DNA of 64,000 nt from positions 105,462,001 through 105,526,000 of the forward strand of contig NC_043005.1 of assembly GCF_006345805.1 (NCBI RefSeq), read 5' to 3'. Both the position numbers and the translations under genes were made by a program. The DNA comes from Octopus sinensis (lineage: Eukaryota). Positions 40,106-53,132 of the stretch are shown here, piece by piece (the first letter of the stretch is position 1; each line of letters begins with the position of its first letter). The notes under the pieces were generated by a model. That model did not search any database. It was not told the origin of the DNA and saw only the letters and a program-made list of their open reading frames with translations.

Positions 40106-43014
40106 CTGTATGTATGTATATATGTATGTATATGTGAAAATGCATAGTAAATGCACAAACGAAAAGTGAAAAACGTATACTGAGTGCAGAAACGGATGGA
40201 AAACAAAAACAGAAAGTCCTCAATTCTTCATCAATTATCAACGAGTTAGTGTTATTCAGTTTCGTACCATTAACGATAAGACTGAGATGGTTCCCATGCT
40301 GGCGGCGCCCGCGAAGTTTGCAGAGACTATCGGACGGAGAACAAACAGTTTGTAGATAACAGACAATACAGAAGCAGACACATGAAAGTGAAAAAATGTA
40401 ATTCAAGACGATGGACGAAGGACAAGGGCGAAATAAATAAGAAACGAACAAAATACATCGTTTGGGCTAAAAGAACGATTGGTGGGTAACGCTTTGAGGG
40501 CAATTCTAAAGGATTAGAAAGGCAACACGTAGCCAGACGGGTATCAGTGGGGACTAGAGAATGTACGGCCGGTATCCACGTGACCGGTGTAAAACAGGAG
40601 AGAAAGAAAGGCTGGCCACGAATCACGCGTCAGCAGCGGGCAGAGAAGAAAGAGGGTAAGAGAGAGAGAGAGAGAGAGAGGGGAAGAGAGAGAGGGGAAG
40701 AGAGAGGGAGAGAGAAAAGGGAAGGAAGGACGAAGAGGGGAAAAAGGAGAAAGAAGGCTAGAAATAGAAGAGGGTGAGAGAGACAAAAAAGAGAAGAGAC
40801 ATGTATATATGTATCTATGTCTGTATAATTTAGACATATGTACACTGAACATAAACGTCCGCTATGTGATTTAATAAGTATTTATTAATTTAGGATATTT
40901 AAAGATGTGACATTAATTTGATAAATTTAGGGCAGAGTGAAACGCTTCTGAAAAATCCCATCCAACAATGCAATGGGTAATATCTGGGAGAAATTTTGAA
41001 AGGATATAGAATAACTAGAAGAGAAGAAAATAGTAGAAGAGGAAAAATGTCGGGAGGCGAGAGAAATGAGGTCCAGCTCGGTAGACGTAGCGTCCAAAAA
41101 AAAAACGGAGGTGAGAGAATTGGCCTGTAGTCACGTGTGAGCAAACAGGTAGAGGGGAAGGGGGACAAGAGAGAAGGTGAGGGAAAGAAGGTGATGAGAA
41201 GGGAGAAGGAACAAAAGATAGTAGGGAGTGGAAGAAAGACAGGGGACAGCAAAGAACGAGGGGGAGAAACGGAAAATACAGAGGATTATAGAGGAATAGA
41301 GAGGAAAATGAAAACAGAGTGTGGAGTCGCGGAAATTATAAATAAATGTATGAGCTTTCTGTGGATAAGTCTGAGTGGCGTTCGATTAAAAAAAATACAG
41401 AATAAGTACAGGACATCACCAACGAGTGAAAAACACGTAAGCACACAAAAGTTTAGTACACGACAAAATGCCAAAAAAATACAGAATAAGAACAGGACAT
41501 CAAAAGCACGTAAACACATAACGAGAGACAAGAATGGGACAAAATACCAAAAGAAGTCTAACTCCTCTTCAGTTGTCAATTGTTTATTTCTCCCTATTTC
41601 GAACTTTACACAAACATACTTGTATATATGCATATATATGTGTACACACACACATATATGTAGGAATATGCATGTATATATAAATGTGTGCCCACACGCA
41701 CGCGTCGTAACCTTGCATGTGTTTGAGTTATGACTTCCCGTTAAAACAATTCCTGCGTTGAAAAGGAAATTCTAACTTAATCGATCTGTAAAATATTGAA
41801 CGATGAAATCCGCACCAAACTGAAATATAAATCCCGTGAAATCACTCCCTTATTTTTACTGCGATCCACTTCTCATAAGACCTCATTCTCGGTCCTTTTG
41901 TGTCTTACAATTGTTTACGAGATCAGTCACATCCACCATCTTTACCAAAAATTATGTTAGAGACAAACGGCAATATTTATGCGCACCAAGGAAACTTAGA
42001 TGCCATATTGACGTGGGTTAATGGCAATGACACTTTCTTCAATACCTCACAAATTCTTTGTCCCTGATATGTATTTGCCACAATCATAAACATTTCATAA
42101 TTCTGAGCACCTGATGACGTGATGTCTATAAATGCATGCTTCTCTAAGCATTCACAAATGTCACCAAACCCAAAGAAAACCGACGGTGATGTCAATAATT
42201 TTGAAATCCCTGATTTTGAGTAAACGGGACTGCTTCTTACAACTTTGGCTTTCTAGCGACATTGACCTTAAGTACCAGCTACAGTAGCAGTAAAAAGTAT
42301 GCAACGAGAACTATAAATGAAAACAGAAAAATAATACATAGAACATTTTTTTCTCTTACCTCAGTACTGTTTCGAACCCCGACGGGAACAGTAAACTAAT
42401 ACACACACACACGCAAAACAAATCTCTGCCATTTCGTTGACATACCAACTAAAGGTGTCAACGTTACTTACGAACCTAGCAAAAAGTAAGTAATACCTAA
42501 GTTTCAATACATTTGAGACCAATCTAATCTGAGTCACAATTTCCTCAAAATACTTTTTAAATTTCTGAAACTAATCCGGTGTTTTAAACACTCCAGCAAA
42601 GTCATATCAAGCAATTATTTAGCACAGGGACGCACGACTAGCTCCGACAATCAGCTCCAATAAATGAAAGAGAGGTCATTGTATGATGTTACCTTAATAT
42701 ACAAAGTGAATGTAAGATCCGAGTTGGAACTCATAGTTTTGCACTTAGGTAGCTTTAAAAGCCAGTGTCCTAACATGACCTTAGTCATGGTTAAAGCAAA
42801 GTAAATAAAAGCAAACCTTCTCTCTCTTTCTCTCCCTATTTCTCTCTTTCTGTCCGTCTGTCAGTGTCTCACACTCGTACTTTTACTCTCTATATATTCC
42901 TCTATATCAATCTCTTTATCACGATTGTTTTCTTTCACATTTTTCTCTCAACCACGTTATTCGCTCTATCATCGCACGTATCTTTTCGCTCTTTCTCACC
43001 TCTTTCTTCTTCCT

Positions 43015-43061
<47 letters not shown>

Positions 43062-43252
43062 TCCCTCTTTCTGTTAACTCACCATTTCTATCAATGAATC
43101 GTCCTTAAACTTTCTCTTACTCTCTCCTCCACATTTTTTTCACTCTCTGATACTTAAAATCACTCTCTTCCAAAGAATATTCGCTCTACGACTAAGCTGC
43201 TCCTCTCTTATAATATCTCTACGACTAAGCTACCATTCTCTTATAATGTCAT

Positions 43253-43296
<44 letters not shown>

Positions 43297-43482
43297 GTAC
43301 ACTTTCTCTCACTTTCTCACTTTCTCAATATATGCTTACACCCTCACACTGAATGAAGTCCCTCTCGCCAACCTCCCACCCACTCATGACCCTCTCCCAT
43401 ACCATCATGATATCCCTACCATCACAATAATTACTCCACCCTGAAACTCTACCACCACTCTCCACGACTACGTGTGTTTTAC

Positions 43483-43515
<33 letters not shown>

Positions 43516-43636
43516 CCAGTATGTATGTGTGTGTATAAAAGTATGTATGTATGTATAAGTGTGTGTGTATATGTATGTACATATTTAATAAGTATATATA
43601 TATATATATGCATGTATGTCTATACATATATATATG

Positions 43637-43675
<39 letters not shown>

Positions 43676-43677
43676 AC

Positions 43678-43889
43678 ATGGTACTCAGGTTGTCCCTGTA
43701 AACCCCCAGAATTCCAGAGACTGGAGCTGTTGTGTGTGGGTGAGTAGTGTGGTGTTGTAGTATCATAAATGCGGTGGATGTGGTGTTGTTGTTGTTGTTG
43801 ATGCTGGTGGTGGTGGTGGTGGTGGCGGCGGCGGGGATGAAGGTTGAAGGGGAGGGGAGGGAGGGGGTGCTCTTCCATCTTTGCATCAC
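43678..43889 (-). CDS. Candidate host exon encoding a low-complexity Pro/His/Gln-rich (or Thr/Asn-rich) peptide
   Basis: Strong acceptor ttttattcttttcag|G at 43890/43889. Two frames are open (GDAKMEEHPLPPLP..HHHHHHQHQQQQQ or VMQRWKSTPSLPSP..). The donor is weak and uncertain. Confidence 0.35.
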
Positions 43890-44440
43890 CTGAAAAGAAT
43901 AAAAATCTCTCAAAAGAAACTACACTTGAGTAATTTGATACATTTTCTCTATTTTATACTTAAATAACGCTTGTGAAACTCTTCACACATCCTCCAGTCT
44001 AATGTTACTAGAGTCGTTACTATCATTTCTCTTGTCTCATCATCATCATCATCATCATCATTATCCTCCTCATCCTCATCATCATCATCGCCTACATCGT
44101 TGTCGTCGTCCTTTCTTTGCTATTATCTCTTCTTCTATAGTCTTCCTTTTCTTTCATTTTATTTTTATATATTTTTATGTCTTATCTTAGTTTTATCTAG
44201 TTTATTATATTTACGTGTGTGTGTGTCTGTGTGAGTGTGCGTGTGTGTATGCGTCTGTGTGTGTGTGTGCGTGTGTGTGAGTGTGCTTGGAGGGTGAGAT
44301 TGTTTGATTCCACGTGCATGTATGTATGTATGTATGCGTGTGCGAGTGTGTGTAAATGCGTCTTTAGATGTATGCGTATAAATGTGCTTTAAATATGTAA
44401 TTATATGTGTGTACATACATTCTTATATATATAAATATAT

Positions 44441-44502
<62 letters not shown>

Positions 44503-45164
44503 CATACATACATATATATTTAAAGGCACATACATAAATGCAAGGTACTTTTATGTGTATTTGTGGTTGTTTTAGATATTTTTCTTTCCTCGTGGAGAAA
44601 TATTTTTATCTATTTGTTTTACTTCTCTCATTATTTTTTGCATTATCATACCTACGTACCTATGTATAAGTATGTATATATGTATGTATGTATACTTATA
44701 GCTTTAGTTTTCGTTTCGGTTAGATTCCATTTCACCGTTATCGAATGGCGCTAAATGAAGGAAGGACATTTGTGAATTTCATTTTCCCTCCACAAATGTA
44801 ATTGCATTTTCGTAGAGTTTTGTTTCATGTCTATCTTATTGAGAATATGATTTCGTAAATAATTGCTTAACTTTGAAGAAAACAGGAAAAAAAGATTGTA
44901 AAACAGGGGTAAAAGGGAAAAAATAAAATAAAAGGGGAAACAAAATAGAAAATCGTAAAAAAAAAAAGACTATAACAAGAATCTGATAAGATAGAATAAA
45001 AAATACTAAAGAATTGTGACGAAAATACATAAAGAAAAACGCAGTAAAATACATATATATAAATTATATATATGTGTGTATGTGTGAGTGTGTGTGTATT
45101 TCTATATATATACATATAAATTATATTTATATATATGTATACATACACACACTCATAGACAAAA

Positions 45165-45217
<53 letters not shown>

Positions 45218-45448
45218 AATATATATCTACATATATATATGTATACCTACATATATATATATAAACATACATATACAGATATATACACACATATATATAC
45301 ATATATGCATATATATATATACATACATACATATATACATGTGCATATATATATACATATATACATGTGCATATATATATATATATACATATACACACAC
45401 ATATATATATACGCACAAACATATACGTATACATATATACATACATAT

Positions 45449-45507
<59 letters not shown>

Positions 45508-46212
45508 TTTGTGTATGTGCATTTATATAAAGCATGTGTTTACGTATGTACGTATATGCGTCAGCTCAAGCGACGAGATACTTGAAAACATAACCAAGGC
45601 ATATATTAAAATACATATATAGCAATTCTATTAATTCTATGGGTACGATAGTGTTTTCACCTGTGAGATGTTCAAACTATGAAAGTACGTGATGCCTTCA
45701 TCAGCGGGTCTACAAAACATCGTATGAGAATTTCAAGAAGGTTGTAGGAAACTGCCATGTGCGGGAGTAGTCACTGCCTCAAGGCAACGAATACGCCTAT
45801 TTTCCTCTTAGAAGTCTTTACACCAATACTCGAATCACTGAAATTGATATCATGATATTAATAAATGGAAATTAAAATCATTACAAAAAAAAAAAAAAAA
45901 TTAGAAGCCGTTTCATTAATCATAGAAATAAATAATTGGTAAGTATATACAATAAAAAAAGAGTATCTGTTGGTCTGATTTATTAACGGAGGACGCAGAA
46001 AAAGCATAAAATAAAACGAAAAGAAAAGAATAAACTTCGAAAAATATTTGCATATAATATTTCGATAGCGCAAACAAAAAATACTAGAAAATCTAAGTTT
46101 GCTGTTTTCTAAAATAATCGCATTTTAAATTTTATATTTTCCCTGGACACAATCATGTTTCTGGCAGTCACTCGTTAATAAAAAATATATGGACACGCGA
46201 TTCCTTCATCAT

Positions 46213-46251
46213 AGGCTCAGGAGTGGATGTGTGGTAAGTAGCTTGCTTACC
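46213..46251 (+). mobile_element. 5' part of tRNA-derived SINE head, interrupted
   Basis: aggctcaggagtggatgtgtggtaagtagcttgcttacc matches the start of the SINE at 63151. The continuation is at 54638-54682. Confidence 0.9.
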
Positions 46252-46472
46252 TTTGTCGTAGACAGACGTGTTTTTTTGGCGGTGAGTCAAACGTTTTGTT
46301 CAACGTGGATAATTTTTTTCTATTGGAATTGTTGTCTATTGTTGAATATTTTCGAATTGTTAAACTTTGAAAACTTTTGTGCTTTTTCCCGGTGACGGGA
46401 GAAAGTAATTGTTGAAATATTGAAATTATTAATATTGAACTTATTAATATTATTAATATTGAACTTATTAAA

Positions 46473-46900
46473 GCCGTTGTAGGCTTTATTGTCGTGCCCC
46501 CCCCCCCAGCGGGGGTGGCATTTGAACTGTTATCCTCATTAAGAGGGAAAAAATATTATAGGTTTCCCGTTTTAGGGGATAAACAATTTATTATTGCGAG
46601 AAAAATTAAATTTTAGCCGTTGTAGGCTCTATTGTGGCATCCGCCACTAGCGTGGGCGAGATTTGAACTGTTGTCCTCGTTGTGAGGAAAGAAAAAAAAT
46701 ATCATAGGTTTCCCGTTTTTTGGATTCTATATTTTATTATTGTGTGAAAAAAAAATATTTCGAACGTTGTAGGCTTTGTTTGCTACGTCTCGCCCCACCC
46801 CCAGCAGGGGTGGGATTTGAACTGTTGTCCTCGTTAAGAGAAAAAAAAGTAAAAAAATTATAGGTTACCCTTTTTCTGGGATTAAATTGTGTATCATTTA
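46473..46900 (+). repeat. Three copies of a unit of about 145 bp in the LINE 5' UTR
   Basis: Units start at 46473, 46616 and 46763 and share ttgtaggc, atttgaactgtt.tcctc and taggtt.ccc. Confidence 0.85.
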
Positions 46901-46912
46901 TTTCGAACGAAT

Positions 46913-48778
46913 ATGTCGGTCGAAATAATCCAAGAAAAGAACCAGCTGCAAGAGCCAGCAAAAGAGTTCGCGGCAGTAGCCGCTGTGTCTTAAAAAAATA
47001 TTACAATTGAAACGGAGAAGCTCTCCGAGCTTTTTGAGAGATCGAAAGAGGAGGATGGGGATATAAAGATCTCACCCGGATCCTTTCGGTTTGAACGGCA
47101 GTTTTTAAAAATAATTTCCACGTAACTAAACACTTTTAAACTTCCTATACTTGTAGAATGTGTTTATAAAACATCTTTTTCTCTTGGCTTTAATGAGAAA
47201 ATTCTATAGTTTGTAAGATATTTGTTGTTTTTTCTTCAATTTCTGCAATTTCAACCAATCAGTGACGTCAATTGAGGTGAAAACATTCTGTGCAGTATGA
47301 ATAAGTCCCTCGTTTAAGAAACAGATTGGGTTTATTTACATTTCTGAAGAAGAAAATATATACCCTCCCCCCCCCACCCATAGCCCTAACCCTAACCCTA
47401 ACCTTAACTAACTCTAACCCTAAAACAGATTGAAATGCAATAGATCGATAATAGGGTCATAATTATGGGTGATAATTTCATATGACACCGCTAGAAAAAC
47501 TGCCGTTCAAACCGAAAAGATCCTCTCACCCTCCCCTAGTGTAGAAAATCTGAAGAGAAGGACACTCGTTTAAAAAACGTACTGTCCTTCATCGAATAAA
47601 TTCAAGCACTTCGAAAAGTGCGAAATAGAAAAATGCCTGGCTCCTATATGGAAAGATATAAAATACATAGCGAGGGGCCGGGCATATGGAACAATAGAGG
47701 CCAGATTCAAGACGGCCGAAAAAGCCCAAGAGCACTCAGTGATTCCTCTAAAACGAAGGAGGTGGTGCTGCTCCCAACATACATGAGAAGGAGAACAGCA
47801 CGCGTCCGAATAAACGACGTACCACCATAAATTAAAGCAAGGGAGGTGATGGCCGTCCTGTTGCATAACAGGACGGACAAAATCACCTTCCTCCAAATTA
47901 CATGCACTGCCCCACAAAATTGGCAAGGGCAGAGCATCTGTGCGATTATTCAAGGAACGCAACAAGACATCGAAATGTTGCCAGAAAAAGTGCTCTTGGG
48001 GGAAGATATTGCCCCCAAGATTCAAGTAGAGGGCAAAAGGCCCAAGTGTTTCGAATATGGCAAAAAAGGCCACATTCGCGTAGAATGTGAAATATGGAAA
48101 AAAAAAGAAAAGTGTGCAGACATCAGGCCCTTCAACTATAGAAAAAGACCCCAAACCCGCACACAAATTAGCCTCCACAGAAACAAATACTCCCACCCCA
48201 CCATCTGTGGAACCCGCTCCCAAACAAAACACCAAAAAACTCCAGGCCATGCACACACCGGTCCCGACAGAAACAAATGCACCCACCCCCTCTGAAGTAA
48301 CAACTCCTCTGGAAGACACCATGGAGGTGACCGAGGGGGAGTTCAAGACACCCAGGAAAAAGAGAACACATGCACCTCCCCATCCATATCCCCCACAAAG
48401 AAAAAAGAAGAAAAACAGCACCCAACAGAGAAGAAAAGGTCCCGCTCCACTGTCCCAGAAGAGAAAATAAAAAAGAACAAAGACGAAACAAAAACCTTGG
48501 TAAAGTTTGATACCAGGGATAAATATATTACGGACATTTTAAAAAAGCGCCACAAAGTGGAGCTGTTGCTGTAGCCCGAGGGCAGGGAAGAGAGATGTGC
48601 CTGGATACCAGAAAAATTGTATAATGAAATGAAGGGTAGGCATCCGAGGACCATCACGAACATCCCGGACCTTCCGCGGTATTTCAAAGAGTTTTTGAAG
48701 GAGCAGGAGGAAAGGACTGCCTCACTTGTGGTGAGGTCAGCCCCAGCATCACCAATAAAAGAAAAAGTCAAAGAGTAA
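46913..48778 (+). pseudogene. ORF1 (RRM-like region plus degenerate zinc knuckle), interrupted by a MITE, stops and frameshifts
   Basis: MSVEIIQEKNQ.., KYIARGRAYGTIEARFKTAEKA, VVLLPTYMRRRTARVRINDVPP and VEGKRPKCFEYGKKGHIRVEC. Confidence 0.82.
47078..47523. mobile_element. MITE with 29-bp TIRs and 8-bp TSD (possibly Merlin-type), containing (CCCTAA)n
   Basis: TIR ggatcctttcggtttgaacggcagttttt / aaaaactgccgttcaaaccgaaaagatcc (1 mismatch). The TSD tctcaccc lies at 47070-47077 and 47524-47531. Confidence 0.92.
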
Positions 48779-48807
48779 GTAGAACCCTTGCTTTTCTTTT
48801 GTTTTAA

Positions 48808-51800
48808 ATGACTGCACTTAACCTTGGGTGTTTGAATGTGCGTGGTCTGAGCTCGAAGTGGAAGCAAGCTTGTTTCCTCGACGACCTCAGATCACACGAT
48901 ATGCATGTGATGGTTGCTACAGAGACCAAGCTGGACAGTCTACAAGCCTTCTCTCCCCTCCTCAATGACTATGAGAAAATCATGTCTCCTAGCCGGACCG
49001 GAGGGCGAGGGAGTGTAGTAGTACTGGCTCGAAAAGGTTTGGCTCTGCAGACAAGTACAGTCTATGTAGACCCAGAAGGTGGGCTGGTCGTCCTTGATGT
49101 GACATACAGCAGTAAGGCCTTCAGGTTGATCGGGATCTATGCACATTGTGCTAGAGGATTCCAAACTGATTTCTATCGGCGCCTAGAGAACTTTCTCGTG
49201 AGGTTGAAGACATTAGTGGTGTTAGGTGACTATAACGCTATTGTTGATGCGCGCATCGATAGCGTTGGCTGGATCTATAGGAAAGTGAACTCACGTCTCG
49301 TGGATCTGCTCAAGCAGTTTCAGCTGGCTGATCGTTACAGACTTGACCATCCGAACGCCCCAGAGTGGACCTGGATGAGTGGCGACGGAAGGTTCAAGTC
49401 TTATCTAGACAGGATAGTGATAAGTACTAGAGATAAGTCTAGTTTTAGCTGTCCACAGCTTGTCCAAGTAGCATACACTGACCATAGAATGGTTAAGTGT
49501 AGACTGGACATAGATAATACAGTTAAGAGAGGATCCGTCTACTGGGAGCTGAACAAGTCTATTTTGACTTGCGAAGCATACCGTAGCCGGATTGAGGAAT
49601 TAGTACAGAGGTCGTTAACCGGCGCGGTGGTTAATAACCGATGGTGGTTCGCCCTGAAGAGAGCCATTCGTTTTGAGTCTATTAGGTTTAGCCATCAGCT
49701 AAGACTTGATAAGTCCAAAATAGAAGGGTAACTAGTTAAGGATCTAGGGGAGGCGTTGAGGTTGGGCTCTGCATCTCACATTTTGGCAGCGAGAACGGCC
49801 TTGGACCATCACCTCAAAGTCAAGCATGAGGGGGGAAAAGTTCGGGCTAAAGTGCACGCATTGGGCCGTGAGGGAATTAGTGTAGCCGGATGGGCTCGTA
49901 CGGTAGAAACCCAGAGTGGCAATGATCCCACAATTAAGTCTCTCGTGGATGACAATGGGAGTTCGGTCGATGGGCGGGACGAGATGTGTGAGGCGATTCA
50001 CAAGCACTTTGCCCAGTTGTTTGGAAGTGGCGGAGCGCTGGATCATGGCGAGGCCCTTAGGGACTTCCTGTCTGCCGGCCAGCGTCTCTCGGCAATCACG
50101 GCCGAGGAGGTAATCGAGGTACTGGGTGAATGCCCCGGGGAGAAGTCACCGGGTCTCGATGGTCTGCCTTATGAATTTAACAAAACTATGCCAGACTTGT
50201 TCGGACACCTGCTGGCCAGCGTCTACGCCAATTGGCAGCAGAATGGGAAAATTCTCAAGTTTGCGAGCCGGGGGGGGGGGTGACGTTGATCAGGATGGAC
50301 CCGAGCAAGGAAGACGAGATAGGGAACTTCAGGCCCATAACTCTGCTGAACACGAAGTTAAAGATTTTGGCCAAGGTGCTAGCGAAAAGGTTGGCGCGAG
50401 TCGTGGAAAAACTTGTCGGGGAAGCGGAAACGTGCGCTATCCCGGGCAGGACGATTAACGACAATCTCCACCTTATACGCTACTCCTTAGAGAGGGCGGG
50501 GAAGATTTCTGGCGCAGGAGGGAGGGGAGGCACTGGTACATTTAGACCAGTCTAAGGCATTCGATAGGGTCGACCATCGGTACTTGGCGGCGGTCCTCGA
50601 GAAGGCTGTCCTGGGCCCGACCTTCTGCGGTAGGATTGCTGCGTTGTACAGCGACATTGAGTCCGTCGAAAAAGTGAACGGCTTCCTTTCAAAGCCATTC
50701 AGGATCGAACGCTCAGTGCGTCAGGGGTGCCCCTGTCCCCGCTTTTGTATATACTGGCTCTCGAGCCATTATTGCGGAAGTTGGAGGCACTAGGGGGCGC
50801 ACCGTATGATCTATGGTATGGAAGAGGAGCTACGGCGTATGCGGTTGACATCTCCATCATCGTGGCGGATGAGGGCCAGCTTCCAGTGGTGGAAGAGGCT
50901 ATCAAAAGTTACGAGGCGGTGGTAGGAGCAAAGGTTAACAAGGACAAGTCAATTGGTTTGCAGCTCGGCACCTGGAAGGGCAAGCCGATGCCGTCCAATA
51001 ACGTCGTGGGGCGTTGGACGGAAGGTCCTGTTAAGCTGCTCGGAGTCTGGTTCGAGCCAGACCTCCAAATAGAGAAAAATTGGAGTGAGGTGGCCAGCAA
51101 GGTGACTGCTCTAGCCAGACCTGGTCTGGGCGGGGGTTATTCTTGCTAGGAAAGGCGGAGGTGTTACAGATGTTTATAGCATCGGTTATCACCTACCGTC
51201 TGACCGTGGTGCCTTGCCCCAATTTGTGGCTGAACAAGTTGGAGAGAATCCTTTTCCACTTTTTGTGGAAGGGAGGAAAGCCACTCGTGAAGCGCTCTGT
51301 CTGCTGCCAGAAACCGCTAAAGGGTGGGCTAGGGATGCCTTAGCTGAGGATGCGAAAATTCGCGTTAAGGTTGAGGCACCTCTGGCTTTACCTGGATGGA
51401 GAGCAGGTGTGGTCACCGCACGTTCGGTTCTACATTCCGCAATTAACGTCCTTAACGGACATTGTTAATTGGATCAAGCAGAGACCTAGGCTGGGGGACT
51501 AGCAATTGGAGTGCCGCCAGGCACTTCTGCAACTCTTTTGGGTGGGCAATGCCGGCAATAGGAGTTCCACCGCGGATTTCTATAGTGGGTTAATGGAGGT
51601 TAAGTCCGAAGACGCCTTGGGGGAAACCCTGGGCTACGATGAAAATCAGTTAACCTGTTCCGGAGAACTTTCGGGCCAGGGTATCTGGACAATTACCAGA
51701 AATCCCTGGCTTGGCAGTGCTTCTGTGCGGCGTTATCTGTTCGTGACAAACTGTCAAGGCACGGAAGTGCTGTCTCGCCGACATGTCCGAGGTGCGGGCA

Positions 51801-52185
51801 GGACAGGGAAACCGTCTTGCACGCATTTGTGGAATGTCCGGAATTAACGGGACTGATAGTTTTCGCAGAGCAACTGCTGTCATCGATGGGAAGAGTATAG
51901 CTATCAGCTGAATCTATCATCGAGATTGTGCTGCCTCCTGCCCTCAACAGGGAAAGGAAGGCTTGCTTTTTCTTCGTAGTAGCCATACTGAAAGAAACAG
52001 TATGGAAGACGCGTGTGAGAGGCATAGTGTCGAGTACCTTTGTATCCGGCCAGGGGTTGGTTAACTTTTTTAGTTACCACCTCAGTAGTAAGATCAGGCT
52101 GGAGAAGAGGTACCTGTCACGAGACAGATTCATGAGAAGATGGAAGCCTGTGGCGAGGAAGTTGGGAGTGTTTGGCATCAGGTAA
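48808..52185 (+). pseudogene. ORF2: AP-endonuclease, reverse transcriptase and C-terminal CCHC, frameshifted
   Basis: EN motifs LNVRGL, VATETKL, VLGDYNA, SYLDRI and TDHRMV. RT motifs KSPGLDGLPYEF, FRPITLLNTKLKILAK, LDQSKAFDRVDH, VRQGCPLSPLLY and YAVD (decayed YADD). C-terminal CPRCGQDRETVLHAFVECP. Confidence 0.95.
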
Positions 52186-52496
52186 GTGGAAGCCAAAAAC
52201 AGAAAAGAAAAAGTAAGGGGTCTATCCTGGTGGTCGGATGCCAATCTTTCAAAGAAGCCATTACAAATTTCATTTGTAATGAGCAACGCTTAACTCAAAA
52301 GTTATAAACATATTTATTAAATTATTGTATATTTTAAATTGTAAATATTTAATCGCTACAGCTAGTTCATCTTTTTATATTTGTCTGTTCTTGTTCGTCC
52401 CCTCTTTGTAATGCCTTCATGGCAAATATTTATGAAATAAAGTAGCTTTCTTCCCATGAGTCTTTGAGACTTCCCATGATTCATTGTTGTCTGTGT

Positions 52497-52510
52497 GCGC
52501 ATGCGCCATT
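52497..52510 (+). promoter_or_regulatory. GCGCATGCGC (NRF1-type) overlapping CGCCATT (YY1-like) motif near the element 5' end
   Basis: Motif match only, about 40 bp inside the element. Confidence 0.3.
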
Positions 52511-53132
52511 GTGTTGTACACTGAAGAAGATAGCCGGCTGTGTCTATCCCGCCAAAAGAAGCTGCTGCAAGGTAAGTCTCTTCTCTTGGACCCGGTGTGG
52601 GTCGTTGTCTGTGCTTATATGTTTTACAAACAGGGAATCCTCACTGAATTCAGGATGTTGGTCTACTTGTGGTTCAGCAATATGCTCCATAGTAAATAAA
52701 GATTTTTTTCTCATTTTCTGGTAGGCGTATCCTTCAAAATACTTTGTTTTTACAACAACAACATTTACCATTATTGGAAAACTGTATTTCAAGTGCTCAC
52801 ATGAAGGGAAAATTTTTTTTCTCATTGTGCGAAATATAGTTTGGTGACTATCTTGCCACCGAAAGTCGTTCGCCGTTTTTAAATAGTGTGTATTTTACGA
52901 CTACGTTGGAAAGCTGTATTCAAGTGGAGCAGTCCAGGTTCGAATTGGAGTACCATAAGTGCTTGAAGTACATGAATGCCCAGAAGATTTTTTTGCTGTG
53001 TTTTCTTCTTTTGAACTATTGTTTTCTTCAATTGTGACTTTTTATTGAACTGTTTGTTTTTTTTTATTTCTTCTTCCCTTTTGTTTCCTTTTGAATTCTC
53101 TCTTACCTTTTTTGTGAACTATTGCTTTGAAC

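Larger units (their letters stand above)
46252..52440 (+). mobile_element. Near full-length Tx1/L1-clade non-LTR retrotransposon (inactive)
   Basis: It has a 5' UTR with tandem repeats, ORF1, an APE-RT-CCHC ORF2 and a 3' UTR ending gaaataa. Target-site copies flank it at 46237-46251 and 52441-52455. Confidence 0.92.
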
